Source of the DNA: Blastocatellia bacterium
Lineage (GTDB): Bacteria; Acidobacteriota; Blastocatellia; UBA7656
Direction: 5' to 3'
Assembly (NCBI GenBank): GCA_963765495.1
Contig: CAVXWP010000007.1
Span: 160,001 to 224,000, forward strand
DNA: 64,000 nucleotides
Shown here: piece after piece, positions 19,242 to 29,603 of the stretch
Layout of the letters: each line of letters starts with the position of its first letter
Numbering within the stretch: position 1 is the first letter of the stretch
The notes under the pieces: generated by a model
The model's database searches: none
Told to the model about the DNA's origin: nothing
What the model saw: the letters and a program-made list of their open reading frames with translations, nothing else
Translations under genes and position numbers: made by a program

Positions 19242-21941
19242 ATGCTGGAGGAGTTAATGGCGAAACGAGCTAGACTCACGGGCCAGGTGCTTGATGGAAA
19301 ATATCATCTCGACAAACGGCTCGGACGCGGAGGCATGGGAGCCGTCTATCTTGCCACGCATCTGGGCACAAAGCGCCCGGTCGCGCTGAAGGTGATCGCG
19401 CCGCAGTTTATGGCCAACACGGAATTCGTCGAGCGGTTCAGGCGCGAGGCCGAAGCGGCGGGACGCCTGCGTCATCCAAACGTCGTCAACGTTACCGATT
19501 TCGGTTTTGCCCGCGTAGGCGAAAACGATCTCGCCTATCTTGTGATGGAGTATCTGGACGGCGCAACGCTCGGCGAAACGCTCAAACAGAGAGGCCGCCT
19601 GCCTCTCGAGATGGTCGTGGACATTGTGGAACAGGTTTGCCTGGCCATAGACGACGCTCATCAGCAGGGGGTGATACACAGAGACTTGAAGCCCGATAAC
19701 ATCTGGCTCGAACCCGACCGTCGAGGCGGATACAACGTCAAGGTGCTCGATTTCGGACTCGCCAAACTCCGCGATGCGGCTGTGACCGATACCGAAACTG
19801 AATTGCCGCGCGAGGAACTTCCCCGTATGATGACGCGCGCGGGAGCAGACAATCGGCCCGAGACGCTCGGCCTGAAACGGGCGACCGCCGCTCCATCATC
19901 TGATCTGGCCGAAGGGGAAGCCGCCACGCGGATACAATCAATTGCTGAGAGCGAACAGGAGCAAACCGCTTTATTCGATCATCCTCCCGACGATGATGAT
20001 GCCGAATATGACATCGAAGATTATGGGGAACAACAGACCGCTTTGTTTGATCAACAGACCGAATCGGCTGACTCTGATCTCGAAGCCGCCACGCAGATAC
20101 AATCAATCACCGAGAGCCGGTCAGCCAATGAGACAGATGAAGAGAGCGGCGGCGAAACAGGCAGTGAAATCAGCAGTGAAATCAGCAGTGAAATCAGCGC
20201 GAGTTCCTCTCGGCAGCGATCATCAACAGGCGCGTTCGACCTCAGCACCTCCTCAACATCGAACCTCACTCGCATAGGCGCGGTCATGGGCACGCCGCTT
20301 TACATGTCGCCCGAACAATGTCGTGGCCAGGCGCTCGACTACGGTTCCGACATATACAGTCTTGGTGTGGTCGTCTATCAGATGCTGGCCGGAGAGCCGC
20401 CTTTTGACGGAAGCATGAACGAGCTAATACTCAAGCACACCGAAGAAGCGCCTCCTCCGCTCTCGGACCGAATGAGCGATATTCCAAAACCTGTCGAAGC
20501 CGTCGTGATGTCGGCGCTCGCAAAAAGGGTGTCGGACCGCCCTCAAAGCGCGCAATCCTTTGCCGATGCATTTCGTGCCACAGCCGAAGACGACGCGGCG
20601 ATATTGCGACAGGCAAAGCAAATCTATTACGGCAATATACCGAATTTTCTGTCGGCCACTTTTCTTGCTTACACACCTTTCATACTGCTTACGGTTGTGT
20701 TGAGCGGGGCGCTTTCGCTTGCGCAGGTGAATCCGCTGGGCGTCACTGCCTTATGTTTCTGGCCGTTGTTTGTCCTGATAATCATAGTCGCAAACCATAT
20801 CAAGACAGCCGTCTTTACAAGGGTAATTTACTTGCTTCGGGTTTCGCCTGACACGCGCCCTACTGCTCGACAAAACCTGACCGCCTTGATCGCAAGCGCG
20901 GGCCCTCTTTTGAAGACGACTTTGCAGAGCATGCTCGCTACCGTCGCGGGGCTTGTGAAACTCGTTGTGCCGGGTGTTCGGACCTCGATAAAACATGCGC
21001 TCTTTCCCTCCGTAGTGATTGTGGAAGGAAAAGAAGGAACGGCGGCGCTCGTGCGTTCCGAGCAACTGGTCAAGCCTCTGCAATCGGTCGCGGCGGCGCT
21101 CGACATGCGCCATATGGGCATCGCGCTTGCGGCGTTTTTAGCCCTTCCATTTTTCGGGATGGTTGGGATTGTGGCCTCGGGCGGCCCGCCCGAGTTGTGG
21201 TTCTATACTACGCTGAGATCGAGATATGTCACCATCGGCTATACGTGGTTTATGCTCTTCATAATCCATTCCGTTTACGGCACGATCCCTCTTGTCCTGC
21301 TCTATTTCAGAGCGCGGCAGGCAAGGGGCGAGGCGCTTGAGCGAACCGCCGACCAGCAGTCGCTTGCCGAGAAGCCGCGCAAACGCCAGAGCGCGTTTGG
21401 CAAATCCACACTGGTGTGGATCATAGCGCCGTTTCTGATGCTTGCCGTCTTTCTGCTCCCGCCTTTGACTATGGGGCGACCGCCCCTCGTTGAGGCCGCG
21501 CGAACCGGGCGCAGCGGCGAAGTCAGGAAACTGATCGAGGCGGGCGCAAACGTAAACACGAAAACCACAAACGACATCACGTCATTGATGTTTGCGGCAA
21601 GAGAGGGATACCCCGACATAATAAAGGCCTTGCTAGATGCGGGCGCGGACCCGAAGGCCAGAGACGGCGACGGCGATACGGCGCTGTTATACGCGGCAGA
21701 GCAGGGGCGCGAGGATACTTTGAAATTGTTGCTCGAAGCGGGGGCAGACCCTAACGCTGCCAATAAGGAAGGGCAGACACCGCTGATGGTAGCTTCGGGC
21801 AAGGGGCGGGTTGATGTTATTCGGACTCTGCTTGCCGCCGGGGCCGATCCACACGCGACAGACAAGAAAGGCAAATCCGCATCGAGCTACGCTAAGGAGG
21901 AAGGCCACGACGAAGCGGTCGAGGCGCTAACAGGGAAGTGA
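19242..21941 (+). CDS. Hanks-type Ser/Thr kinase with transmembrane region and C-terminal ankyrin repeats
   Basis: GRGGMG, VALK, HRDLKPDN, DFG, GTPLYMSPE; several hydrophobic helices; GDTALLYAA/GQTPLMVAS ankyrin repeats. Confidence 0.92.
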   Translation: MLEELMAKRARLTGQVLDGKYHLDKRLGRGGMGAVYLATHLGTKRPVALKVIAPQFMANTEFVERFRREAEAAGRLRHPNVVNVTDFGFARVGENDLAYLVMEYLDGATLGETLKQRGRLPLEMVVDIVEQVCLAIDDAHQQGVIHRDLKPDNIWLEPDRRGGYNVKVLDFGLAKLRDAAVTDTETELPREELPRMMTRAGADNRPETLGLKRATAAPSSDLAEGEAATRIQSIAESEQEQTALFDHPPDDDDAEYDIEDYGEQQTALFDQQTESADSDLEAATQIQSITESRSANETDEESGGETGSEISSEISSEISASSSRQRSSTGAFDLSTSSTSNLTRIGAVMGTPLYMSPEQCRGQALDYGSDIYSLGVVVYQMLAGEPPFDGSMNELILKHTEEAPPPLSDRMSDIPKPVEAVVMSALAKRVSDRPQSAQSFADAFRATAEDDAAILRQAKQIYYGNIPNFLSATFLAYTPFILLTVVLSGALSLAQVNPLGVTALCFWPLFVLIIIVANHIKTAVFTRVIYLLRVSPDTRPTARQNLTALIASAGPLLKTTLQSMLATVAGLVKLVVPGVRTSIKHALFPSVVIVEGKEGTAALVRSEQLVKPLQSVAAALDMRHMGIALAAFLALPFFGMVGIVASGGPPELWFYTTLRSRYVTIGYTWFMLFIIHSVYGTIPLVLLYFRARQARGEALERTADQQSLAEKPRKRQSAFGKSTLVWIIAPFLMLAVFLLPPLTMGRPPLVEAARTGRSGEVRKLIEAGANVNTKTTNDITSLMFAAREGYPDIIKALLDAGADPKARDGDGDTALLYAAEQGREDTLKLLLEAGADPNAANKEGQTPLMVASGKGRVDVIRTLLAAGADPHATDKKGKSASSYAKEEGHDEAVEALTGK

Positions 21942-22030
21942 AGCGTGATGCGTGATTTATCCGGTTTGCAAATTGTCGTTTATAGGTGGTCTGCCTGATA
22001 ATCACGGATCACGGATCACGCTTCACGCAT
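21938..22030. repeat. Inverted heptamer element (GTGATGC)n-core-(GCATCAC)n; contains the stop codons of both convergent genes
   Basis: TGA 21939-41 and TCA 22023-25 lie in the arms; core resembles those at 39716, 42361 and 60097. Confidence 0.85.
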
Positions 22031-24518
22031 TAAGTTTATTTCTGACCGGATCGCCCAACCCGTTTTGTCGCGTCTCTTTTATCAACTCTCTGACCGATTC
22101 GGCGTCCATAGGTTTTGATAGCAGGAACCCCTGTACATATTCGCAATTCATGCCGGTAAGCTGGATGATCTGTTCGCCCGTTTCTACGCCCTCCGCGATC
22201 ACATCCATCCCGAGGTTGCTTGCAAGCGTCACGATAGTGCGGACGATTTCGGAATTTTTGGGCAGGTTCATACGGGTGATGAACGAGCGATCTATCTTCA
22301 ATGTGTCTATGGGAAAGCGGTGCAGATAACTGAGCGATGAATAGCCGGTGCCGAAATCATCGAGAGAGACCTTTATGCCAAGCTGTTTGAGTTGTTTGAG
22401 CATCGCGGTTGCCGATTCTATGTTTTCGATAATCGCGCTCTCCGTAATTTCGATCTTCAGGCTGCTGGCCTCGACCCCGGTCTCGGCCAGTATCTGTTTT
22501 ATATCTTCGATAAGGGTTGGTTGTAGGAACTGCTTGCCCGACAGATTGACGCTGATGAAGAGGGGCGGGGTCGAAGGGAATTCCTGCTGCCAGGCGCGCA
22601 GTTGGCTACAGGCTTCAAAGAGCACCCACTGGCCTATTTGCAGGATGAGCCCTGTGTCTTCGGCCACGGGGATAAACTCCAGAGGCGAGATGAAACCCTG
22701 TTGAGGGTGCTCCCATCTGAGGAGCGCCTCAAGCCCCGTTATCTGCCACGAAGCAAGCGAAATGATGGGCTGATAATCGACCATGAACTCGTCTCGTTCG
22801 ATTGCGCGGCGCAAATCCGTCTCCAGTTGCAAAAGCGCCACCACGCGCGCGCGCATTCCCTTATCGAACAATTCAAATCCGCCGCGCCCGCGCTCCTTCG
22901 CGCGATACATCGCGGTGTCGGCATTGCGGAGCAAATCTTCGGGCTGATCGTTTGGCGTCAGGCTCAGGGCTATGCCGATGCTTGCCGAAGCGAACACTTC
23001 GTGGTCGTTCAGGTTGTAAGGCTGCGCGAGTTCCTTGTGAATGCGTTCGGCCGCCTGTGTGGCATCGTTTACATGTTTGAGATGATCCAGTATGACGGCA
23101 AATTCATCGCCTCCGAGTCGCGCCACCATATCGCCCGGACGGAGTGATGCCTCAAGCCTGCGCCCGACGACTTTGAGGAGATGGTCCCCGATTTCGTGTC
23201 CGAGGCTGTCGTTGACCACTTTGAAACGGTCCAGGTCGAGAAACAGCACCGCAAACAGATAATCTGGACAGTCGCGCGCGCGGTCGAGCGCTCGCTTGAG
23301 CCTGTCCATAAAAAGGGCGCGGTTTGGCAGTTCCGTCAGCGCGTCGTAAAAGGCGTTATGCAGGAGCTGTTGTTCAGTCTCTTTTTGATCGTTTATGTCG
23401 ATAAGCGAGCCGGCCATGCGGTAAAGCTCGCGTCTGCTGTTCCAGACGGCCACGCCCCGGCAGAGCATCCAGCGATACTCGCCTGTTCGGGTTCTGAGGC
23501 GATGCTCGTTCTGAAAATGAGGCGTCAGATTCAACAGGTGAGCCATTAACTCGGAGTGGACCTGCTCCACCTCTTCGGGGTGAATGCGACTGAACCACTC
23601 GTCGGGGCGGCTGCTCATCTCGTCTTCCCTGTATCCGAGCATGGCTTTCCAGCGAGGGCAGAAATGAATCTCGTTTGTTTGCACGTCCCAGTCCCACATG
23701 CCATCGTTGCCGCCTCGCACAAGCAGGGCATAGCGCTCTTCGCTTTCGGCAAGCGAGGCGAACGCTCTTTTATCATCGTCGCTTTCTCGTTTGAGCAGAG
23801 AGTTTATGCTCAACAGTTCGGCATTTCGCTCTTCGGCTCTCGTAAGCAATGTCTCGCTCAACCGCAGCATCTCTTCCTTGTGGTCGCGTTCGGCGATTGC
23901 CACATCCAGTTCCGCGTTTCTGCTTTCCAGTTCGAAATGGGCCATCGCGGCTGCGGCAATCGTCAACAGCGCCTTCGTTTGAGAGGGCTTCAGGTTCCTC
24001 GGCCTGTGATCCATCACAGAGAGCGTACCTATAATACGGCCTGTTGATGTCGCAATCGGCACTCCTGCGTAGAAACGGATTCCGGGATCGGATGCGACCA
24101 GAGAAAGGGCGCTGAATCTTTTATCTTTCCGAGCATCAGCAACGATGAAGAGCCCCTCATGTTCGATGGTGAGAGAGCAGAAAGACTCTTTCAATGGCGT
24201 CTCGGTCGATGCAAGTCCTATTTTGGATTTATGCCAGAGGAGATCGCCGTCAATAATGCTCAACAGCGCCACGGGACAACCGCAGACCTCCGACGCAAGA
24301 GATGTGAGACCATCGAATACTTCTTTCTGCTCGATGTTGGCTACACTGTATCCCCGAGAGGGCGCGAACCCGGTCGATCTGTCATCAGACATCGGCAATT
24401 TGATCACGGGCATTTCGGTTGCCGAGCCTGTAATCAATTTTTCCATCGTCAGTATCGGGATATTTTCAACGAGCCGATATAGAGAACGGCCGTCAAATCT
24501 GCGAGCACAGACCAACAT
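22023..24518 (-). CDS. GAF-PAS-GGDEF-EAL c-di-GMP signalling protein (start uncertain)
   Basis: IRFYAGVP GAF; GMWDWD PAS; DLDRFK..RLGGDEF; EALLRW, DDFGTGYSS. Confidence 0.94.
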   Translation of the reverse strand: MLVCARRFDGRSLYRLVENIPILTMEKLITGSATEMPVIKLPMSDDRSTGFAPSRGYSVANIEQKEVFDGLTSLASEVCGCPVALLSIIDGDLLWHKSKIGLASTETPLKESFCSLTIEHEGLFIVADARKDKRFSALSLVASDPGIRFYAGVPIATSTGRIIGTLSVMDHRPRNLKPSQTKALLTIAAAAMAHFELESRNAELDVAIAERDHKEEMLRLSETLLTRAEERNAELLSINSLLKRESDDDKRAFASLAESEERYALLVRGGNDGMWDWDVQTNEIHFCPRWKAMLGYREDEMSSRPDEWFSRIHPEEVEQVHSELMAHLLNLTPHFQNEHRLRTRTGEYRWMLCRGVAVWNSRRELYRMAGSLIDINDQKETEQQLLHNAFYDALTELPNRALFMDRLKRALDRARDCPDYLFAVLFLDLDRFKVVNDSLGHEIGDHLLKVVGRRLEASLRPGDMVARLGGDEFAVILDHLKHVNDATQAAERIHKELAQPYNLNDHEVFASASIGIALSLTPNDQPEDLLRNADTAMYRAKERGRGGFELFDKGMRARVVALLQLETDLRRAIERDEFMVDYQPIISLASWQITGLEALLRWEHPQQGFISPLEFIPVAEDTGLILQIGQWVLFEACSQLRAWQQEFPSTPPLFISVNLSGKQFLQPTLIEDIKQILAETGVEASSLKIEITESAIIENIESATAMLKQLKQLGIKVSLDDFGTGYSSLSYLHRFPIDTLKIDRSFITRMNLPKNSEIVRTIVTLASNLGMDVIAEGVETGEQIIQLTGMNCEYVQGFLLSKPMDAESVRELIKETRQNGLGDPVRNKLNA

Positions 24519-24683
24519 CGTGGGGGCAGGCGTTCCGCCAGTAAATTTAACCCAACTCTCGATTTATTCAAGAATTAATTTCCTCTCCGCCAAATCGGAT
24601 CGGAATAGACAGGGCCGTTCAGTATTTATTCTACGGGCATCAGGCGACAATAGTATTAGCGGGTCATTTGTCCGAAAGGCGAA

Positions 24684-24718
24684 TAGGAATAGGCCGCGGA
24701 TTCCGCGGCCTATTCCTA
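24684..24718. repeat. Perfect 17-bp palindrome, minimal member of the AATAGGCC-ended family; possible pfkB terminator
   Basis: TAGGAATAGGCCGCGGA-T-TCCGCGGCCTATTCCTA; same ends as 43827..43927. Confidence 0.8.
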
Positions 24719-24774
24719 CCTCCTATTCTAAATTTTGTGGAGGCGATGAGATCACGCGGATCATCCGTATTGAT

Positions 24775-25707
24775 TTACGCGGTCGCAATCAAACGATGGA
24801 CTTCATCAAGCGAGGGCAGACCTGCGCGCGCGCCCAGGTCGCGGCATTTCAGCGCCGCTACGGCATTTGCAAACCTGAGCGTCTCTTCCACGGAAAGCCC
24901 TTCGAGCAGTCCGTAAATGAAGCCGCCGTGGAAGGCATCTCCGGCACCCGTAGTATCTCGGCACTCGACGGCGAAGGCAGGCGAATGTATATAGCTCCCT
25001 CGGAAGTATGCAAGGACTCCCCGGCTTCCAAGTGTGGCGGCAATGAAGAGAGAACCCGACATCTCGGCCAGCTTCCTGAACGCGGCCCTTAAATCAGCCT
25101 CTCCGGTCATTCTTTCGGGAAAGGTGCTTGAAGATATCAGGAAATCAATCAACGGCAGCAGATGTTCGGTTCCCGGATAGATGTTGTCTATATCGAGCAC
25201 CGTAGGAATTCCGGCCCGTCGCGCAAATCGAGCCGCCGCGATTGCCGCTCCTACGTCGTGACCGTCCACAAGCAGAACGCGACCCGAAGTGACCTGCGTC
25301 TGATCCACCTCTTGCTCTTCGATAGTCAGACGGTCGTCACGGTCCCAGATGATAGTCCGCTCGCCGCTCTTCTGATCTATGATAATGAACGCGGTTTGAG
25401 TTTCGGCTCCTTCGACCGTTGCCACTCCCCCGGCTTCCACCCCCTCGCCGACAAGCGAGGCAATCTGTATTCGCCCGGCTTCGTCCGATCCGACCTTGCC
25501 GATGTAGCGGGCGCGCAATCCCAGCCGGGCAAGCGCCACCATAGCGGTGGCCGACTGGCCTCCGGGCGCGATCCGGTGTGAGAGAAATCTGATCTTGCTG
25601 TCGAATTGAGGATAAGCCGGGACGACTATCAGATGATCAACCGCGTTCAATCCCAGAGCCACGGCGTCATAGGGTTTGTCCTGCGGCAATTCGATTCCGA
25701 AATCCAT
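24775..25707 (-). CDS. PfkB-family carbohydrate kinase
   Basis: PGGQSATA..ARLG..GKVGSD; DTTGAGDAF anion hole. Confidence 0.93.
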   Translation of the reverse strand: MDFGIELPQDKPYDAVALGLNAVDHLIVVPAYPQFDSKIRFLSHRIAPGGQSATAMVALARLGLRARYIGKVGSDEAGRIQIASLVGEGVEAGGVATVEGAETQTAFIIIDQKSGERTIIWDRDDRLTIEEQEVDQTQVTSGRVLLVDGHDVGAAIAAARFARRAGIPTVLDIDNIYPGTEHLLPLIDFLISSSTFPERMTGEADLRAAFRKLAEMSGSLFIAATLGSRGVLAYFRGSYIHSPAFAVECRDTTGAGDAFHGGFIYGLLEGLSVEETLRFANAVAALKCRDLGARAGLPSLDEVHRLIATA

Positions 25708-25710
25708 AAA

Positions 25711-25845
25711 ATGGGGGTCAGGGGTCGGGGGCCGGGGGCCGGTGACAGGTTATTGATGTCTGTAAATTTCAGCCCGGAAACGCCAGTCATGGCTAAGAGC
25801 CGTCTGCCTGCTAATGAATAACCGGCCCCCGGCCCCCGGCCCCTG
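25711..25845. repeat. Inverted heptamer-array element (GGGGTCA/GGGGCCG family)
   Basis: atgggggtcaggggtcgggggccgggggccgg..GGTTATT / AATAACCggcccccggcccccggcccc. Confidence 0.85.
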
Positions 25846-25846
25846 T

Positions 25847-26530
25847 TTACTGTCCGACCGCGTTGTTTGTGAGCAATCGGACTTCGACGCGGCGGTTCTG
25901 CTGTCTGCCCTCGCGCGTGTCATTGTCTGCGACGGGGCGGTTCTCGCCAAAGCCCAGGATGTAGAGACGAAACAGCGGTATGTTGTGCTGCTCGGCCAGG
26001 TATCTGCGTACAGACTCGCTTCGTTCCTGGCTCAACCGTTCATTCAACGCCGTAGGCCCGTCCGATGAGGCGAATCCCTGAATCTCCATCAGATAGCCGT
26101 TGCGGTCCGTGATCTGGCTGGCCAGTTCGTCAAGCGATGACATGGCTTCGGGGGTCAGTTCGGATCTGCCTACCTTAAACCACACGGTCACGGTCTTTTG
26201 CACCGTGTACTTGTCGAGGTTAGACCGCAAATCGCTTATTGACTGTTCGACGCCCGTCACGCGGGTATTGGCCTGCTCGGCGGAAGAGGCTGCGCGGTCG
26301 GCCTGCTGTTGAGCGCGGTCGGCCCGCAGTCGCACGTCTTCGACATCGCGCGAGATACGGCTTATTTCCTGAGTGTTGCGCCGCGAGGTTTCTTCCAATT
26401 CACCGGTTCGATTTTCGAGCGGGGTGACTCGCTCGTTGACGCGGTTGCGAACATATTTCTTTGTCGCGCACGCGTTGCCCAGCGGAACCAGTGCCGCCAG
26501 GGCGATTATCGTTATCGCTTTGAGCTTCAT
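25847..26530 (-). CDS. OmpA-family peptidoglycan-binding lipoprotein with coiled-coil linker
   Basis: Lipobox-like GNAC; NERLSQERS..NRRVEV OmpA C-terminal domain; GGAGG before ATG 26530. Confidence 0.9.
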   Translation of the reverse strand: MKLKAITIIALAALVPLGNACATKKYVRNRVNERVTPLENRTGELEETSRRNTQEISRISRDVEDVRLRADRAQQQADRAASSAEQANTRVTGVEQSISDLRSNLDKYTVQKTVTVWFKVGRSELTPEAMSSLDELASQITDRNGYLMEIQGFASSDGPTALNERLSQERSESVRRYLAEQHNIPLFRLYILGFGENRPVADNDTREGRQQNRRVEVRLLTNNAVGQ

Positions 26531-26724
26531 ACTGTCCTCCATAGGATGTCATCATATCAGAAGTTTCCAATTGTTTTTACCCGTGGTAGAAGTGAGGCGA
26601 GCCGACGCGGGCCAGAGCTGGATATGCCACAAATGATGCCATTTGCCGTGATTTCACGAACTAACTTATACTGTATTTCAGTGACGCTAAGTTATTACAT
26701 GAAAGCCGATGAGGAGTCAAGAAG

Positions 26725-27492
26725 TTGATGAGATATGTTTTGATGCTAATTCTGGTCGTCGGAGCCTTGATGCCGCTTTCGGCCTCGGCCGATGATTGCA
26801 ACGCGCCCGACCTGATCTGCAAGGCCGCAGCCAATCAGGATCGCTCGCTTTATTTCCGCGACCACTGCCGCTATCAGCAGAAACTGCACGTCGAGCGCTT
26901 CAAGCTCAAGAACGGAAAAGAGAATATGCAGGAACTCCGCGAAACTATCGTCGAGATCGAACCCGCCGGACAACCGGACAAGACCGGCAATACCCCCGTG
27001 TCGGTTCGAGTCGTGGGCGATACCGATAAGAAAGGCAATCCAAAAGACAGGGTGAATGAAGATGAGCGCACTATGCTCTCCTTTGGAAACGTGTGGGATC
27101 TGGCATTCTTTCCGCTGTTGCCTGAAAAGATAAAGTATTACAGCTTTCAGGAGGTCGTTGCCGACCGCCCAAATGAAAAATGGTATCGCTTCATTCCGAA
27201 ACCAGAAGCCAGCGACGAGCCGCTCGCTTCTGGCGTAGTTCAACTCGACCCTCGAACCGGCGAGGTGCTGACGATAAAGATAGAAGCTCTTCACAATCTG
27301 GACGCGCTCGACAAGGAAGCGCAAAAGCTCAGAGTCTTCACCGCGACAATCGATTACTCTCAATTCGAAGGCGCGCTTCGAATGCCTACGCTTGCTTCGG
27401 GCGGGGGCGTATCAAACGTCCGCCGCTTCGAAGGAGACTTTCGGTTCCGCTTCGAAGAGAGCAAATATGTGCTTGTGAGCAAGATCGAATAG
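26725..27492 (+). CDS. Secreted hypothetical protein (beta-rich)
   Basis: 255 aa; signal peptide ending ASA; GAGGAG Shine-Dalgarno. Confidence 0.75.
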   Translation: MMRYVLMLILVVGALMPLSASADDCNAPDLICKAAANQDRSLYFRDHCRYQQKLHVERFKLKNGKENMQELRETIVEIEPAGQPDKTGNTPVSVRVVGDTDKKGNPKDRVNEDERTMLSFGNVWDLAFFPLLPEKIKYYSFQEVVADRPNEKWYRFIPKPEASDEPLASGVVQLDPRTGEVLTIKIEALHNLDALDKEAQKLRVFTATIDYSQFEGALRMPTLASGGGVSNVRRFEGDFRFRFEESKYVLVSKIE

Positions 27493-27498
27493 GAGACA

Positions 27499-27539
27499 GT
27501 GATGCGCTCACGTGAGCGCATCACGCATCACGCATCACT
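27499..27539. repeat. Minimal GTGATGC/GCATCAC heptamer hairpin before uvrC
   Basis: gtgatgcgctcacgtgagcgcatcacgcatcacgcatcac. Confidence 0.8.
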
Positions 27540-27544
27540 CTGCT

Positions 27545-29395
27545 ATGACGTTATCTGAAAAACTCGCCAACCTGCCGACCGAGCCCGGCTGCTATATCTA
27601 TCGCGATGAGCGGGAGAAGATTCTCTATGTCGGCAAGGCGAAGAATCTCCGCAATCGCGTGCGGCAGTACTTTCAGTCCTATCGCTCGCACGATGCCAAA
27701 ACGAATGAACTGGTATCGCGCATAAACGATGTGGAGTTGATAGTCACCGACAACGAGATAGAGGCCCTTGCGCTTGAATGCAACCTGATAAAGAAGCACA
27801 AGCCCCCCTTTAACGTCCTGCTCAAAGACGATAAGCAATACCCGCACATCAAGATCACAAATGAGGGTGCGCCTCGCGCCGTCATCGCTCGAAAGATCGT
27901 AAAGGACGGCTCGCGTTACTACGGCCCTTTTCTGCCGCCTTCGCTCGCGTGGCAGACGCTCGATTTGATCAACAAATATTTTCAGCTCCGCACCTGTACG
28001 ATGGAGATAGACGGGCGCGCCGACCGGCCCTGCCTCGAATATCACATAAAGCGATGTCTCGGCCCGTGCGTCAAGGAGCTTTGCTCGATGGAGCATTACC
28101 TTGAGGCCGTTCGCGATGTCGAGCTTCTGCTTGAAGGCAAGACGGCTGACCTCGAAGTGGCGCTGAAAGATCGAATGCAACAGGCTTCTGATGAACTCCG
28201 ATTCGAAGCGGCGGCCCGCTACCGCGATCAGCTAAAGACCATCAGCCGGCTGGGCGAGCAGCAAAAAATGATGTCGGTTTCAGGCGAAGACATAGACATT
28301 TTCGGGTACTACCGCGAGGGCTTTCAACTGGCGCTTGCGCTCTTTACGATGCGCGATGGCAAGGTGGTCGGCAAGCGCGAGTTCTACTGGGAAGATATAA
28401 CCGACCCGTTCGACCCGGGCGCATTCATAGGGCAGGCGCTCAAGCAGTATTACACGACCGGAGATTACGCGCCGGGCGAGGTCCACGTCCCCGTAGATTT
28501 CGAAGACAGAGAGTTGCTGGAAGAGTATCTTTCCGAGCAGCGCGGTCGCCGGGTTCACATCACCTCGCCGCAGCGCGGAGTAAAACGCGATCTGATAGAC
28601 CTGGTGGAAAAAAATGCCCGCCTCAATTTCGATCAGCGATTCCGCGTTCAGCGACCCGATATGCAGAAGGTCTTGCAGGAGCTACAGGAGGCGCTCGAAT
28701 TGCCCGAACTGCCCGACCGCATAGAGTCGTTCGACATCTCGAACATTCAGGGAGACGAGAACGTCGCCTCGATGGTGGTCTGCGAACACGGCGAGATGAA
28801 AAAGAGCGACTATCGCAAATTCAAAGTGCGCTCGGTCGAAGGACGCGCCGACGATTTTCAGTCGATGTATGAAGTCGTGGGGCGGAGGTATTCCAGGTTG
28901 CTCCGCGAAGACAGACCGCTGCCGAGTCTCGTGTTGATCGACGGCGGCAAGGGGCAGCTTGCGGCTGCGGCCCGCGCACTGCACGAACTCGGGCTTGAAG
29001 CCCTGCCCACGGCCTCGATTGCCAAGCGCGAAGAATTACTATTCATAAAAGGCCGCGCCGAGCCCGTCAGAATAGATCATCATTCGCCCGTGCTTCACCT
29101 GATACAGGTGATCCGCGACGAGACCCACCGCTTCGCCGTCACCTATCACCGCAAACGGCGAGCTATGCGCGATTTCAAATCCGAGCTTACCTCGATTCCC
29201 GGCGTAGGCGAAAAGCTGAAGGCCCGCCTGCTTCGCAATTTCGGCAGCCTCAAGCGTGTCTCGGAAGCAAGCTACGCCGAGTTGAAGCCCTTTGTCGGAG
29301 CGCGTCAGGCCGAGCGCATCATAGAGCATTTTGCCAACCTGCGCGCCCTTGAACTCGAAGCCGCCGAGTCTTCGGCTTCGTATGAAGCGGAATAA
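27545..29395 (+). CDS. uvrC: Excinuclease ABC subunit C
   Basis: GIY-YIG (PGCY..YVGKAKNLRNRV), FEAAARYRD UVR, FDISN, IDGGKGQL, RDETHRFA, HhH. Confidence 0.97.
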   Translation: MTLSEKLANLPTEPGCYIYRDEREKILYVGKAKNLRNRVRQYFQSYRSHDAKTNELVSRINDVELIVTDNEIEALALECNLIKKHKPPFNVLLKDDKQYPHIKITNEGAPRAVIARKIVKDGSRYYGPFLPPSLAWQTLDLINKYFQLRTCTMEIDGRADRPCLEYHIKRCLGPCVKELCSMEHYLEAVRDVELLLEGKTADLEVALKDRMQQASDELRFEAAARYRDQLKTISRLGEQQKMMSVSGEDIDIFGYYREGFQLALALFTMRDGKVVGKREFYWEDITDPFDPGAFIGQALKQYYTTGDYAPGEVHVPVDFEDRELLEEYLSEQRGRRVHITSPQRGVKRDLIDLVEKNARLNFDQRFRVQRPDMQKVLQELQEALELPELPDRIESFDISNIQGDENVASMVVCEHGEMKKSDYRKFKVRSVEGRADDFQSMYEVVGRRYSRLLREDRPLPSLVLIDGGKGQLAAAARALHELGLEALPTASIAKREELLFIKGRAEPVRIDHHSPVLHLIQVIRDETHRFAVTYHRKRRAMRDFKSELTSIPGVGEKLKARLLRNFGSLKRVSEASYAELKPFVGARQAERIIEHFANLRALELEAAESSASYEAE

Positions 29396-29603
29396 ACCGA
29401 AACGCCGCAACGAAAATCCGCCGCATCCGTGTCATCCGTGGGCTGTTTCTTCATACCCCATTTTGAAAATCCTGGCCGATTTGTCTGTGCCGATCCCGTA
29501 CGCTTTGATTTAGAAGGGGCAACACACCAGACGATGCGAGACATCTCAGGGCTGTACCCAGACGAGCCTGTATAAAGGGTATCGAGAAAGAAGAGGAAGC
29601 ATC

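Noticed and set aside
24145-25092. 315-aa plus-strand ORF
   Set aside because: It overlaps two well-supported minus-strand genes and crosses a palindrome; no recognisable motifs.
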